Origin: Marispirochaeta sp.
Lineage (GTDB): Bacteria; Spirochaetota; Spirochaetia; JC444; Marispirochaetaceae
Length of the DNA stretch: 64,000 nt
NCBI GenBank assembly: GCA_963676835.2
Contig: CAXXFF010000002.1
Location: forward strand, 32,001-96,000
Direction of reading: 5' to 3'
Shown here one piece after another: positions 28,036 to 37,375 of this stretch. Position numbers and translations under genes: made by a program. The stretch's first letter is position 1. Every line of letters starts with the position of its first letter. The notes beneath the pieces are model-generated. The model did no database searches, was not told where the DNA came from, and worked only from the letters and a program-made list of their open reading frames with translations.

Positions 28036-29297
28036 AAACCGCCCGATCCTGGCTGCTTCAGGGATTCATCCTCGCCTTTCTGCTGCTCATTCTTACACAA
28101 TTGCTGATTCTCACCCTGGGGATTGCCCCGATAATGAACAGTTACAGCAAAAACCAGTCTGCCTATCTGGAAGATCTGGCCAGAAAAATCCTGATTAATC
28201 CCCAGAACATATCCGTCTCGGCTCCAGAACATGCAGGACCTTTCTTTGTTTTTTCCGCCGACAAAACCCTGCTCTACACCAATCGGGGCAAAGGACGGTC
28301 AATTCCCAGCACAGACTATACTCCCATCGAGTATAAAGGCACGGTTATAGGCTATTACTATGCAGGAGAACTCCGCTTTCTCGACTCCAGTGCCAACAGG
28401 CTCTTTCTGCTGGGCCTGACATTTCTTTTCGCCGGATCCCTGATTGTATCTCTGTTGATTGCAGCGGCAGCAGCTTTACTGATAGCCCGGCGCATTACCG
28501 CCCCGGTGGCCATGCTGCAGCTGGATATTTCCGCCCTTCAGAACCTGAAACCTGTTGCTTCACGGGAACTCCCGGTAAAGGAACTCAGCGAAATATCCCG
28601 CAGCCTCCACAATGTCAGCACCCTGCTTGCCGGCGAAGAGGAGTACAAGCGGCAGTGGATGCAGAATATCGCCCACGATCTGCGGACACCCATAAGCGGT
28701 TTGAGAGGTCAGCTTGAGGGGATGCGGGACGGAGTACTGCCGGCTGTTCCCGAGCGGTTCACCAATACCCTGGTGGAAGTACAGCGGCTTGAAGAGCTGG
28801 CCCAGGCGGTCAGCGAACTCTACCGGATAGAGAATCTCCGGGAAATAGAGATAAACCGATTTCCAGTCAGGAGCTTTATCACCGAACTGGAAGCATCCTT
28901 CGGCCAGGCCCTCAGTTCCCGGAAAATGTCCTTTGAGACGGAAATCAATACAGAAAGCCTGTGGGCAAACCAGTCTCTCCTGACAAGAGCCGTGGGAAAC
29001 ATAATCGGCAACGCAGTTAAATACGCAGGAGAAGGAACCCGGGTAAGACTGAAGATTGAGAGGCATGAAAACAGTCAGGTACTCCGGATTTCAAATAACG
29101 GCCCCTCCCTGCCGGAGGATGGGCTGGATAAAATATTTCAGCGTTTTTACCGGGGAGAAGAGAGCCGAACCAGTCCAGGAACCGGCCTTGGGCTCAACAT
29201 TGCGGCAGAAATTGTACACCGTCACAAAGGAAGCCTGAAGGCAGAGAATCTTTATCCCAGAGGAGTTGAGTTTATAATAACTCTTCCTGAGGCATAG
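28032..29297 (+). CDS. HAMP-containing sensor histidine kinase (BaeS-like)
   Basis: IAHDLRTP, NAVKY, IFQRFYRG, GTGLGL. Confidence 0.95.
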   Translation: MKTARSWLLQGFILAFLLLILTQLLILTLGIAPIMNSYSKNQSAYLEDLARKILINPQNISVSAPEHAGPFFVFSADKTLLYTNRGKGRSIPSTDYTPIEYKGTVIGYYYAGELRFLDSSANRLFLLGLTFLFAGSLIVSLLIAAAAALLIARRITAPVAMLQLDISALQNLKPVASRELPVKELSEISRSLHNVSTLLAGEEEYKRQWMQNIAHDLRTPISGLRGQLEGMRDGVLPAVPERFTNTLVEVQRLEELAQAVSELYRIENLREIEINRFPVRSFITELEASFGQALSSRKMSFETEINTESLWANQSLLTRAVGNIIGNAVKYAGEGTRVRLKIERHENSQVLRISNNGPSLPEDGLDKIFQRFYRGEESRTSPGTGLGLNIAAEIVHRHKGSLKAENLYPRGVEFIITLPEA

Positions 29298-29334
29298 AGT
29301 TTTTACCAGCCGTTTATTATACTGTGCAGTAAGC

Positions 29335-30351
29335 ATGCAAGTAATGATAAACCGCCAGACCGCGATCCTTTCAGCGATGCTGAAAATCCTGGTTATTTTT
29401 GGTTCAATAGCCTATATTCCCAGCCTTTTCGCCTGTTTCTACGAAGAACTGTACCTTCTCGCAATCATCGATACCATCTGCTATGCAGCTCTGATCACTG
29501 CATATCTTAATAAGCTGCACTACCTGTTTCGCATGGTAATTATTCTACTTGTCTCACTGGTGCTGGGCGCTGCAGTTCTCTATTACACCGGAACCGACGG
29601 GGCTGGTTATCTCTGGCTTATCTTCGCGGTGTTCATTGCCGCCCTCTTTGGAAAAAAAACTGCTATTATTCTCACCATAAGTGCAACCCAGGGGATTCTT
29701 CAGCTTTATATGGTTTTGAACATTCTGCACATTCTGAATCATTCCACTTCACTCCTCGGAATGATCACCATCAGCGCCAATATGCTGATCATTTCGGGAA
29801 CCGTTGCATACATTGTACACTACCTCCTGGGCTCACTGAACCATGAGCTCGGGCAGAGAGAGAAGCTGCTTCGACTTTTACGTCACCGGATTATGAATAA
29901 TCTTCAGACACTGGAAAGCCTTATTTCCCTGGAAAAAACCGGGGGCAGCCACTCAAGAGATCTCCAGAGAAGAATAGAAGCCCTGTCAACAGCAACAAAC
30001 CTGCTGCTGGAGAAAGAATACCGTCAGGAGATAGAGCTCCCGGAGCTGCTGCGAATTCTTGCCAGGGATATCTCTGTGGTTGTAAGCGATGAAAGTGATC
30101 AGACCTTAATGATATCCGCGGAACAGCTTACCGAGCTGACCATAGGCTTCAGCGACATTTTTAACGCACTGAAAGCCTACGGACCGCTGCATGTACAAAT
30201 CAAACAGGTTATCCAGATATCAACGGAAAAAAATCTGCCGGAAGAAGGCGGTGCGGAACAGCTTTTTTCCAATTGCCTCATTCCGGAATACTGGATCGAC
30301 CGGAATCAGACTCCAGGAACCCCTCTCAGGATAAAACTGCAGGCTAGATAG
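29335..30351 (+). CDS. Multi-TM protein with a HisKA_2-type H-box and a degenerate ATPase domain
   Basis: About 5-6 TMs then LRHRIMNNLQTLESLISL; no recognisable DxG or GxGL boxes. Confidence 0.7.
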   Translation: MQVMINRQTAILSAMLKILVIFGSIAYIPSLFACFYEELYLLAIIDTICYAALITAYLNKLHYLFRMVIILLVSLVLGAAVLYYTGTDGAGYLWLIFAVFIAALFGKKTAIILTISATQGILQLYMVLNILHILNHSTSLLGMITISANMLIISGTVAYIVHYLLGSLNHELGQREKLLRLLRHRIMNNLQTLESLISLEKTGGSHSRDLQRRIEALSTATNLLLEKEYRQEIELPELLRILARDISVVVSDESDQTLMISAEQLTELTIGFSDIFNALKAYGPLHVQIKQVIQISTEKNLPEEGGAEQLFSNCLIPEYWIDRNQTPGTPLRIKLQAR

Positions 30352-31108
30352 CTGCAGTGATTCCGCCGTCTACATAAATCAGCTGACCATTAATAAAGTT
30401 GGAAGCCTCGGAAGAGAGAAACAGCAGAGTACCGATCAGCTCTTCAGGGTCGCCCCAGCGGCCGGCGGGAGTTCTTCCGCAGATCCAGGAATCGAAGGCA
30501 GGATCGTCTTTCAGGGGTTTTGTCATTTCCGTGGCGAAATAGCCCGGTCCGATACCGTTAATCTGAATACCGTATTTTGCCCAGTCAACGGTCATACCTT
30601 TGGTCAGCATTTTTATGCCGCCTTTGGATGCAGCATAGGGTGCGATGGTATTGCGTCCAAGGTCGCTCTGAAGGCTGCAGATATTAATAATCTTGCCGGC
30701 TTTTCTTTCGATCATGCCCTTAACCACTGCTTTTGATACAAGAAAGGCCCCGGTAAGGTTTATATCCAGGATTTTTCGCCACTCATCCTCGGGAAAATCC
30801 TCCAGAGGGGCCCGGAACTGTACGCCTGCATTATTCACCAGCACATCAATATTGCCAATTTCAGCGTGTATAGTGTCGATTCCTTTGCTTATACTGCCAG
30901 AATCGGAAATATCAAAAGAGACAGCCTCAGTCTCAAGCCCCTCCTGCCGGAGCTCATCTTGAGCCTTTTTAAGCTGTTCAGGATTCCGCCCGTTCAGAAT
31001 AACCTTTGCTCCCGCTTGGGCAAACCCTTTTGCCAGAATAAACCCCAGGCCGCGGCTTGAACCGGTAACCAGGACAACCTTTCCGGCAACATCAAACAGA
31101 TTCTTCAT
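30344..31108 (-). CDS. Gluconate 5-dehydrogenase-like SDR (Gno/IdnO family)
   Basis: TGSSRGLG, NNAGVQFRAP, YAASKGG, GIGPGYFATEM, RTPAGRWG. ATG 31108 follows AGGAG. Confidence 0.9.
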   Translation of the reverse strand: MKNLFDVAGKVVLVTGSSRGLGFILAKGFAQAGAKVILNGRNPEQLKKAQDELRQEGLETEAVSFDISDSGSISKGIDTIHAEIGNIDVLVNNAGVQFRAPLEDFPEDEWRKILDINLTGAFLVSKAVVKGMIERKAGKIINICSLQSDLGRNTIAPYAASKGGIKMLTKGMTVDWAKYGIQINGIGPGYFATEMTKPLKDDPAFDSWICGRTPAGRWGDPEELIGTLLFLSSEASNFINGQLIYVDGGITAAI

Positions 31109-31171
31109 TATGATTCTCCTTTGCATAAATCATTATAATATAAACCCTTACATTCAAACTTCTCAAAACCT

Positions 31172-32020
31172 CTACTCCTCATTAAGTCCGGAGTAAAAGG
31201 CAATTTCCGATTCACTGACACGGATCATCTCCGAAGCGGTTTCCCCGAAATGGGCTGCAAAGCGGAGCAGGGCATCATGCAGCTCTGCATCAAGATTTTC
31301 TATCAGTTCCGCATTTCCCAGCATAAGATACTTCGCCTGGGGATCCCCCGAAGCATACCGGGAAGCAGTCCACTGGTTCCAGTCCTGATAGTACCAGTCA
31401 AGAAGATCGAGCACAACAAAGCCCGCCTTGCCCTCCCGTACGGATTTGAGCAGCAGATCGGAACTGAGCTTCAGCGGAGTCAGATTCAGACTGATAAACC
31501 GTTCATCAAGAACAGTATCCCCGTACACAACAGCAACTGTATCGTTATTATAGGTCAGTTTCTCCCGGATCTTCCAGATATACTGGACCGGGCTGCTGAT
31601 CTCAGCAAGAAGAACTGTTCCCGAGACTGCATCCAGGTTTTCCGCGTACAGCTCCTCCCTGACCAGGCATATTTCGAGGGTCCCCCGGGAGGTTCCCTTA
31701 AGGATCTGTTCATCCGGGCCCAGGGAGCCCTCGGGATAGATTTCTACGATAAACTTGAGGTCCGTACTGGTCTCCAGCACCGTGGCAAAATCCTGACTCA
31801 AGGCCTGATGGAGAGGGTGATACCGGGGAAGACTGTGGGCGATTTTTATAACCTGGAATGATACTGCTTCATTTCCCAGCCGATAGCTTCGTCCCTGCTC
31901 CGAAACATAGGGAAGCCCGGAAGGAACAAAATAGGGAAGAATAATTATGTAAGCGAGGCTTACGATGACAATAAAAGCGACAATTATGCCCAGGATAATA
32001 AGTATGAATGAGTTTTTCAT
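31172..32020 (-). CDS. Membrane-anchored degenerate DctP-like (TRAP SBP-fold) protein
   Basis: Long N-terminal TM; IKIAHSLPRYHP...IVEIYPEGSLG...RGTLEI aligns with the DctP N-terminus. ATGA overlap with the AraC gene. Confidence 0.7.
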   Translation of the reverse strand: MKNSFILIILGIIVAFIVIVSLAYIIILPYFVPSGLPYVSEQGRSYRLGNEAVSFQVIKIAHSLPRYHPLHQALSQDFATVLETSTDLKFIVEIYPEGSLGPDEQILKGTSRGTLEICLVREELYAENLDAVSGTVLLAEISSPVQYIWKIREKLTYNNDTVAVVYGDTVLDERFISLNLTPLKLSSDLLLKSVREGKAGFVVLDLLDWYYQDWNQWTASRYASGDPQAKYLMLGNAELIENLDAELHDALLRFAAHFGETASEMIRVSESEIAFYSGLNEE

Positions 32021-34311
32021 TTTGACTTCCCCGTTGAGAGCACGGCACTTCTGTAGCGGCCGGGAGAAAGTCCTTCATATTTCTTGAAGACCCGAATGAA
32101 GGTCTGCAGATTTGCAAAGCCCGCCATGGAAGCAACCTGATGCACCGGGAGGTCCATCTGCTTTAACAGCTCCCTGGCGGAATCCACCCGTCGGCGGTTC
32201 AGATAGTCTACATAGTTGGTGCCGTAGTGCTCTTTGAAAACCCGGCTGACATAGCTGGCACTGAGGCCTACGGCATCACCTATATCAACGAGGGACAGTC
32301 CGGGATTGTCCAGGTTTTCATCAATATATGCAGCAATATTCCGGGCACTTCCCCCGGTTTTCTCAAGGCTGCCATGCTTTATTTCCCGGGCAGCCCGGGT
32401 ACAGACAGGAATTAGCCAGGCATATATCTCATCCAGGGTTTCCAGATCTGCTAATTCAGCGTAAAGGTCACCGCTGCACTCTGATTCTCCACTGAGATCA
32501 AGACCGCAGCTTATTTCCTTGATACGGGCGGCAATACGGTTAAACACCTCCCGCACGGCAAAGGTATCCCGGGAGCTGAAACCGCGGATACGTTCCATGA
32601 GGGAGTCAACCACAAAAGGAACATCCTTCTCATTGCCGTTCTCGACACAGTTGATAAGGGTTTTCTCCATCTCCGGCCCGGGAAAGGGAGCCTCCCTGCC
32701 GGACTCTTCAAACCGGGAAGACTCAATAACCGTCCCGCCGCCGTCATAAAGCCTGAATCCCAGGGCAGTCCGGGCCTGGTCATATGAAAGGTGTACTTCC
32801 TTGAGAGAAGAACAGGGCTGACCGATTCCGCAGGTAACAGAAAAGGTAAAACCCCGTTTTACCATGGCAATTACTTTCCTGGAGAGAGTGAGGACCAGCC
32901 GCTCTGTCTCGAAAGAATTATCACTTATATTCAGCAGAAGCCCGATATTCCCACCCTCTCTTTCGGCACAGATGTTTGGAACCCCGGAGGGTACCGCATC
33001 ACCTATCCGTTGGCGCAGAGTGCTTTTCAGCAAGCGCAGAGAAACCTGATCCCGGGAAACAACAATACGCCTGTAGTGATCGATACCGAAAACAAGGACC
33101 ACAAAGCGGGACTGAATAAACTTGATGCCGATAAGATCCAGGGCAGAACTGAAATCAGCCTCACCGTTCAGCTTGTTGGTAAGTAGATGATGCAGAACAT
33201 TTGCCTGCATTATAGGCAGCGCGTTTTCCAACTGCCGGGTGGAACTGTCCAGCATCTGTACCGGAAGATACATCCGCATCGAAATGCGGATAACCACAAT
33301 AAAGATGGAAGCCACCGCCAGCAGGATAATAAAAGAGTTAATAAGCAGCATCCGCCGTTCCAGGGAAAGCAGCTCACCCAATCCCACCTGATAAACAAAA
33401 ACCCAGCGGGTGTGAGCAGCGGAAGCAAAGGCCATAACCCGGCTGCTTCCCCCCTCTTTTCTTACGAAATAACCGGAATCCCGGTTCAGAGCCAGCTGCA
33501 GGACCGGATCATCACCGCTGAAATTTCCTATCCGCCCCGAATCGGGATGATCAAGGATGTATCCGGTATCATTGAGAACATAGGCCTGATGCCCGCCCTC
33601 ATACAGCTGATGGTAGCCTGAAAAGAGCTTTTCCCGGTTGATATTCACCACCAGGCCGGCACTTTTATCCCAGCTTCCCGAAGGGAGATTCCCGATAAGG
33701 CTGATTACCGAAAGTGTCTTGCTGTTACGGTCTTTTACCACCCGGGTCGGCAGGCGCTGTATCCCCAGAAAATGGCTGTTAAAAGCATCAACCCAGCCGG
33801 TATCCGTAAAGGTGGTTATTGAATCCAGACCTCCATTCGACGACAGCACCAGCCCCTCAACAGAACTGTAAAGGTAAATGGAACTGATAAAGTCATAGGA
33901 TGAGACCAGGGAATTCATGGCATCGATAATACGGGTATTACGGTGGTAATTGTCGGGATCCGGATCAATGACAAAGGATATAACATCTTCGTCACTGCCC
34001 ACTACAGCCATCATCTTTTCAACTCCCCGGATACTTTCATCCAGAGAAGCTGAGTAAGAAGCCAGACTCTGGCTCATGCTCAGAAGATAGTTCTGCCGGG
34101 TATAGGAAAAAACCAGATGATTAAGGAGAAAACTGATAATTAGTACCGGAAGAATGGATACAGAAAGAATCCTGATCAGAATCCTGACAAAGCCTGATGA
34201 GGAATTCTGCAGCCCCCCGGTGGGGTTTATGGTGTCACTCACGCAGGAATCAATTATACAAATTTGCGCTTCTTTGTCATCATACTCGCATTTTTTGTCA
34301 TTCCTGTTCAA
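32017..34311 (-). CDS. Transmembrane Cache-sensor AraC family regulator (YesS-like); start uncertain
   Basis: TM-Cache-TM, CdaR-like region (VTCGIG...SYDQARTAL), C-terminal AraC double HTH (LSASYVSRVFK...GFANLQTFIRVFKKYEGLSPGRYR). Confidence 0.9.
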   Translation of the reverse strand: MNRNDKKCEYDDKEAQICIIDSCVSDTINPTGGLQNSSSGFVRILIRILSVSILPVLIISFLLNHLVFSYTRQNYLLSMSQSLASYSASLDESIRGVEKMMAVVGSDEDVISFVIDPDPDNYHRNTRIIDAMNSLVSSYDFISSIYLYSSVEGLVLSSNGGLDSITTFTDTGWVDAFNSHFLGIQRLPTRVVKDRNSKTLSVISLIGNLPSGSWDKSAGLVVNINREKLFSGYHQLYEGGHQAYVLNDTGYILDHPDSGRIGNFSGDDPVLQLALNRDSGYFVRKEGGSSRVMAFASAAHTRWVFVYQVGLGELLSLERRMLLINSFIILLAVASIFIVVIRISMRMYLPVQMLDSSTRQLENALPIMQANVLHHLLTNKLNGEADFSSALDLIGIKFIQSRFVVLVFGIDHYRRIVVSRDQVSLRLLKSTLRQRIGDAVPSGVPNICAEREGGNIGLLLNISDNSFETERLVLTLSRKVIAMVKRGFTFSVTCGIGQPCSSLKEVHLSYDQARTALGFRLYDGGGTVIESSRFEESGREAPFPGPEMEKTLINCVENGNEKDVPFVVDSLMERIRGFSSRDTFAVREVFNRIAARIKEISCGLDLSGESECSGDLYAELADLETLDEIYAWLIPVCTRAAREIKHGSLEKTGGSARNIAAYIDENLDNPGLSLVDIGDAVGLSASYVSRVFKEHYGTNYVDYLNRRRVDSARELLKQMDLPVHQVASMAGFANLQTFIRVFKKYEGLSPGRYRSAVLSTGKSK

Positions 34312-34453
34312 AAACTATTAATTTTTTAACATTTGAGAGTAATATTTTATCGTTACAAAAGTGTCGATTTACAGATCTTCAAAGCGCCTCCAATAATCAT
34401 GGTACGACTGCTGATTACTCAGCGGCCAAATTCCTACAGGAGGTTTCACTCTA

Positions 34454-35440
34454 ATGAAACGAGCTCTGATTGTACTCTCTATCATCAGCCTGCTGTTCTC
34501 CGGCCTTTTCGCCGAAGGAAAGCAGGAAGCAGCCGACAGCTATACTCTTCGGCTTTCTCACGTACTCCCCACAGACCACCAGAACCACAAAACTGCACTT
34601 AAGTTTGCAGAACTGGTCAGCGAAAAAACCGGCGGCAAAGTAACCATCGAGGTTTTCCCTGCAGCACAGCTTGGTAACGAAAAAGAGATCATCGACGCGG
34701 TAGCCATGGGTACCCTCGATTTCGCACTCTGCGGTTTCGGCGAAGTAACCAAGCGTTACCCCGTTTCCGGAATCTTCGATGCACCCTTCGTATTCCGCAA
34801 CCGCGAGCACCTTGCTCAGGTGTACAAGACCGATGTTTTCTGGAACATCATGGAAGACATGAAGAAGGTAAACATTGAAATGATTGCTCCCGGCTACTAC
34901 GGTACCCGTCACGTAACCACCACCGACACCCCTGCAAAAACTCCTGCTGACCTGAACGGCCTCAAGCTGCGCTGCCCCGATCAGCCCATGTTCGTTGCAA
35001 CTACCAAGGCAATGGGTGCAACTCCCACTCCCATGGCTTTCTCTGAAGTTTACCTTGCCCTTCAGCAGGGTGTAGCAGACGGACAGGAAAACCCTGCAGC
35101 TGCTATTACTTCAATGAAGTTCTACGAAGTTCAGAAGTACCTGGTTAAGACCGGTCACATCATCTACGGAAACCACATTTTCGGAAGCACCAGAACTCTG
35201 GATAAACTTCCCGCGGACCTCCGCGCTGCAGTTGAAGAAGCAGGAAAGGAAGTATCCGAGTACTGGATCAACGCATCCTTCTCTGATGAAGACGCTCTTC
35301 TCAACGGACTTGTTGAAAAAGGCATGACTATCATCGAGCCGGACCTTGATGCTTTCGTTAAGAACGCACAGTTCATCTACGATGATAACGAAGCTACCTG
35401 GGGCGAGGGTCTCCTCGAAACCCTCCGGGCAGTAAAATAA
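34454..35440 (+). CDS. dctP: TRAP transporter substrate-binding protein
   Basis: FPAAQLG, GLKLR, PMAFSEVYLALQQGVADGQEN, FYEVQKY. Confidence 0.95.
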   Translation: MKRALIVLSIISLLFSGLFAEGKQEAADSYTLRLSHVLPTDHQNHKTALKFAELVSEKTGGKVTIEVFPAAQLGNEKEIIDAVAMGTLDFALCGFGEVTKRYPVSGIFDAPFVFRNREHLAQVYKTDVFWNIMEDMKKVNIEMIAPGYYGTRHVTTTDTPAKTPADLNGLKLRCPDQPMFVATTKAMGATPTPMAFSEVYLALQQGVADGQENPAAAITSMKFYEVQKYLVKTGHIIYGNHIFGSTRTLDKLPADLRAAVEEAGKEVSEYWINASFSDEDALLNGLVEKGMTIIEPDLDAFVKNAQFIYDDNEATWGEGLLETLRAVK

Positions 35441-35463
35441 TCTACCCGGGATATTAATTCTCG

Positions 35464-35505
35464 AGCAGAAGAGAGGCTGTCCTTTACGGGACAGCCTTAT
35501 CTGCT
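35464..35505 (+). other. Intercistronic stem-loop between dctP and dctQ
   Basis: AGGCTGTCC/GGACAGCCT with outer AGCAGA/TCTGCT; weak U-tract. Confidence 0.6.
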
Positions 35506-35527
35506 GCCAAACTTTTGGGAGTTTTTC

Positions 35528-36073
35528 ATGAAAAGCAAGACCCTAAACATCCTTGCGCGGATTGACACCATTTTCCTCATAACCTGTCTTGCGGTTATGG
35601 GAACTGTACTGTTTGCCCAGGTTGTTACCCGTTATCTCTTTCAGTCACCGTTAATCTGGAGTGAAGAAGCTGCACGCTATCTGCATGTCTGGATTGCTCT
35701 TTTCGGTATCCATTACGGATTCAGGAACAGTGCCCACATCCGTGTTACGTTTTTCTACGACCGCATGCCTGCCAGGGTAAAGTCGGTAGTTGCACTGCTT
35801 TCCAATCTGATTATCCTTATAACCCTGATTGTATATCTGCCGGGTTCAATTATTTTTATCCAGGACCAGGCCCTAATCGTCTCATCTGCAATGGGCGTGA
35901 ATATGGGACTCGTATACTTCCCCTCATTCTTTGGTCCCCTCGTTGCTATGCTTTACTTTCTTTTTCAGACTGTCAAATCCGCAATCTACCTGATAAAGGG
36001 TATTCCCGCAGATTCGTCAGCAACCGAAACAACGACAGCAGCCATCTCTTCAAAAGGTGATAATACGTTATGA
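35528..36073 (+). CDS. dctQ: TRAP transporter small permease
   Basis: QVVTRY, WSEEAARY, HIRV. Confidence 0.93.
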   Translation: MKSKTLNILARIDTIFLITCLAVMGTVLFAQVVTRYLFQSPLIWSEEAARYLHVWIALFGIHYGFRNSAHIRVTFFYDRMPARVKSVVALLSNLIILITLIVYLPGSIIFIQDQALIVSSAMGVNMGLVYFPSFFGPLVAMLYFLFQTVKSAIYLIKGIPADSSATETTTAAISSKGDNTL

Positions 36074-37338
36074 TAATCCTGTTCAGCATTTTCTTCCTGC
36101 TGCTCATTGCAGGAGTGCCAGTCGCTTTCTGTCTGTTTTCAAGCTCAGTTATCTACATGCTTATGCATGATCTGCCCATTCAGATGGCGGCAGCCAAGCT
36201 TGTTGCAGGACCCGACTCCTTTCCCCTTCTGGCCATAGCTTTCTTTGTTCTGGCCGGAGCGATTATGAACTCTGCGGGTATAACCAAAAGAATCTTTGCC
36301 TTTGCGGAACACCTGGTCGGACACCTTACCGGTGGACTGGGACACGCTAACGTACTGGCATCGATCATTTTCTCAGGGATGTCCGGTTCTGCCGCAGCAG
36401 ACGTTGGAGGCCTCGGAGCAATCGAGCTTCAGGCAATGAAAGAGGCCGGCTACGATGAAGATTTCAGTCTGGCCGTAACCGGGGGGTCATCCATCATCGG
36501 TCCGATTATTCCCCCCAGTATTCCGGCGGTAGTATTCGGTGTTGCTTCCGGTGTTTCCATCGGCCGTCTTTTTGTAGGCGGCATTGTGCCGGGATTTCTC
36601 ATGGCCATTGCCATGTCCATTCTTATCTACTTTCAGTGCCGCAAGCGGGGATATGAAAAGAAAAAGATGGCCGGAATCAAGGTCATTGCCTCCTCTTTCG
36701 TGGAATCTTTCTTTCCCCTTATGACACCGGTAATCATCATGGGCGGAATCATGGGTGGAGTGTTTACCCCCACAGAAGCGGCAATTATCGCAGTTTTCTA
36801 TGCCCTGATCCTCGGATTTGCCTACAAATCAATAACCGTAAAGGATCTGCCCCGCTTCCTTATTGAAACCCTGAATACCACCATCGGAATTCTCTTCATT
36901 ATTGCTTCGGCAACTCTTTTTGCCTGGGTACTGACCATTTCCCAGTTTCCCCAGCACTTTGCTGAGACCTTCATGGGCCTGGTGAGCAACAAGTACATTG
37001 CCCTCTTTCTGCTGAACCTTTTTCTGCTGGTTGTCGGCTGTTTTATGGAAACAACTCCGGCTCAGATGATCCTTGTACCAATCCTTCTGCCGATCTTTGT
37101 TTCTTTCGGTGTAGACCCGGTACACTTCGGTATTATCATGATCCTGAACCTTATGATCGGACTGATGACCCCTCCTCTGGGACTGGTCCTCTATGTTCTT
37201 TCTTCGGTTTCAAAGGTGTCCATCGAACAGCTTTCAAAGACCGTTCTGCCCTATGTTGTGGTAATTGGGATTGTTCTTCTGTTCGTAACCTATATCCCGG
37301 CCCTTGTACTGACCCTGCCAAATCTGATATACGGTTAA
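36070..37338 (+). CDS. dctM: TRAP transporter large permease
   Basis: SGSAAAD, IIPPS, FTPTEA, DPVHFG, TPPLG. Confidence 0.96.
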   Translation: MIILFSIFFLLLIAGVPVAFCLFSSSVIYMLMHDLPIQMAAAKLVAGPDSFPLLAIAFFVLAGAIMNSAGITKRIFAFAEHLVGHLTGGLGHANVLASIIFSGMSGSAAADVGGLGAIELQAMKEAGYDEDFSLAVTGGSSIIGPIIPPSIPAVVFGVASGVSIGRLFVGGIVPGFLMAIAMSILIYFQCRKRGYEKKKMAGIKVIASSFVESFFPLMTPVIIMGGIMGGVFTPTEAAIIAVFYALILGFAYKSITVKDLPRFLIETLNTTIGILFIIASATLFAWVLTISQFPQHFAETFMGLVSNKYIALFLLNLFLLVVGCFMETTPAQMILVPILLPIFVSFGVDPVHFGIIMILNLMIGLMTPPLGLVLYVLSSVSKVSIEQLSKTVLPYVVVIGIVLLFVTYIPALVLTLPNLIYG

Positions 37339-37375
37339 TATATTACGTACTACATACTGTTCAAGGAGTAGATGG

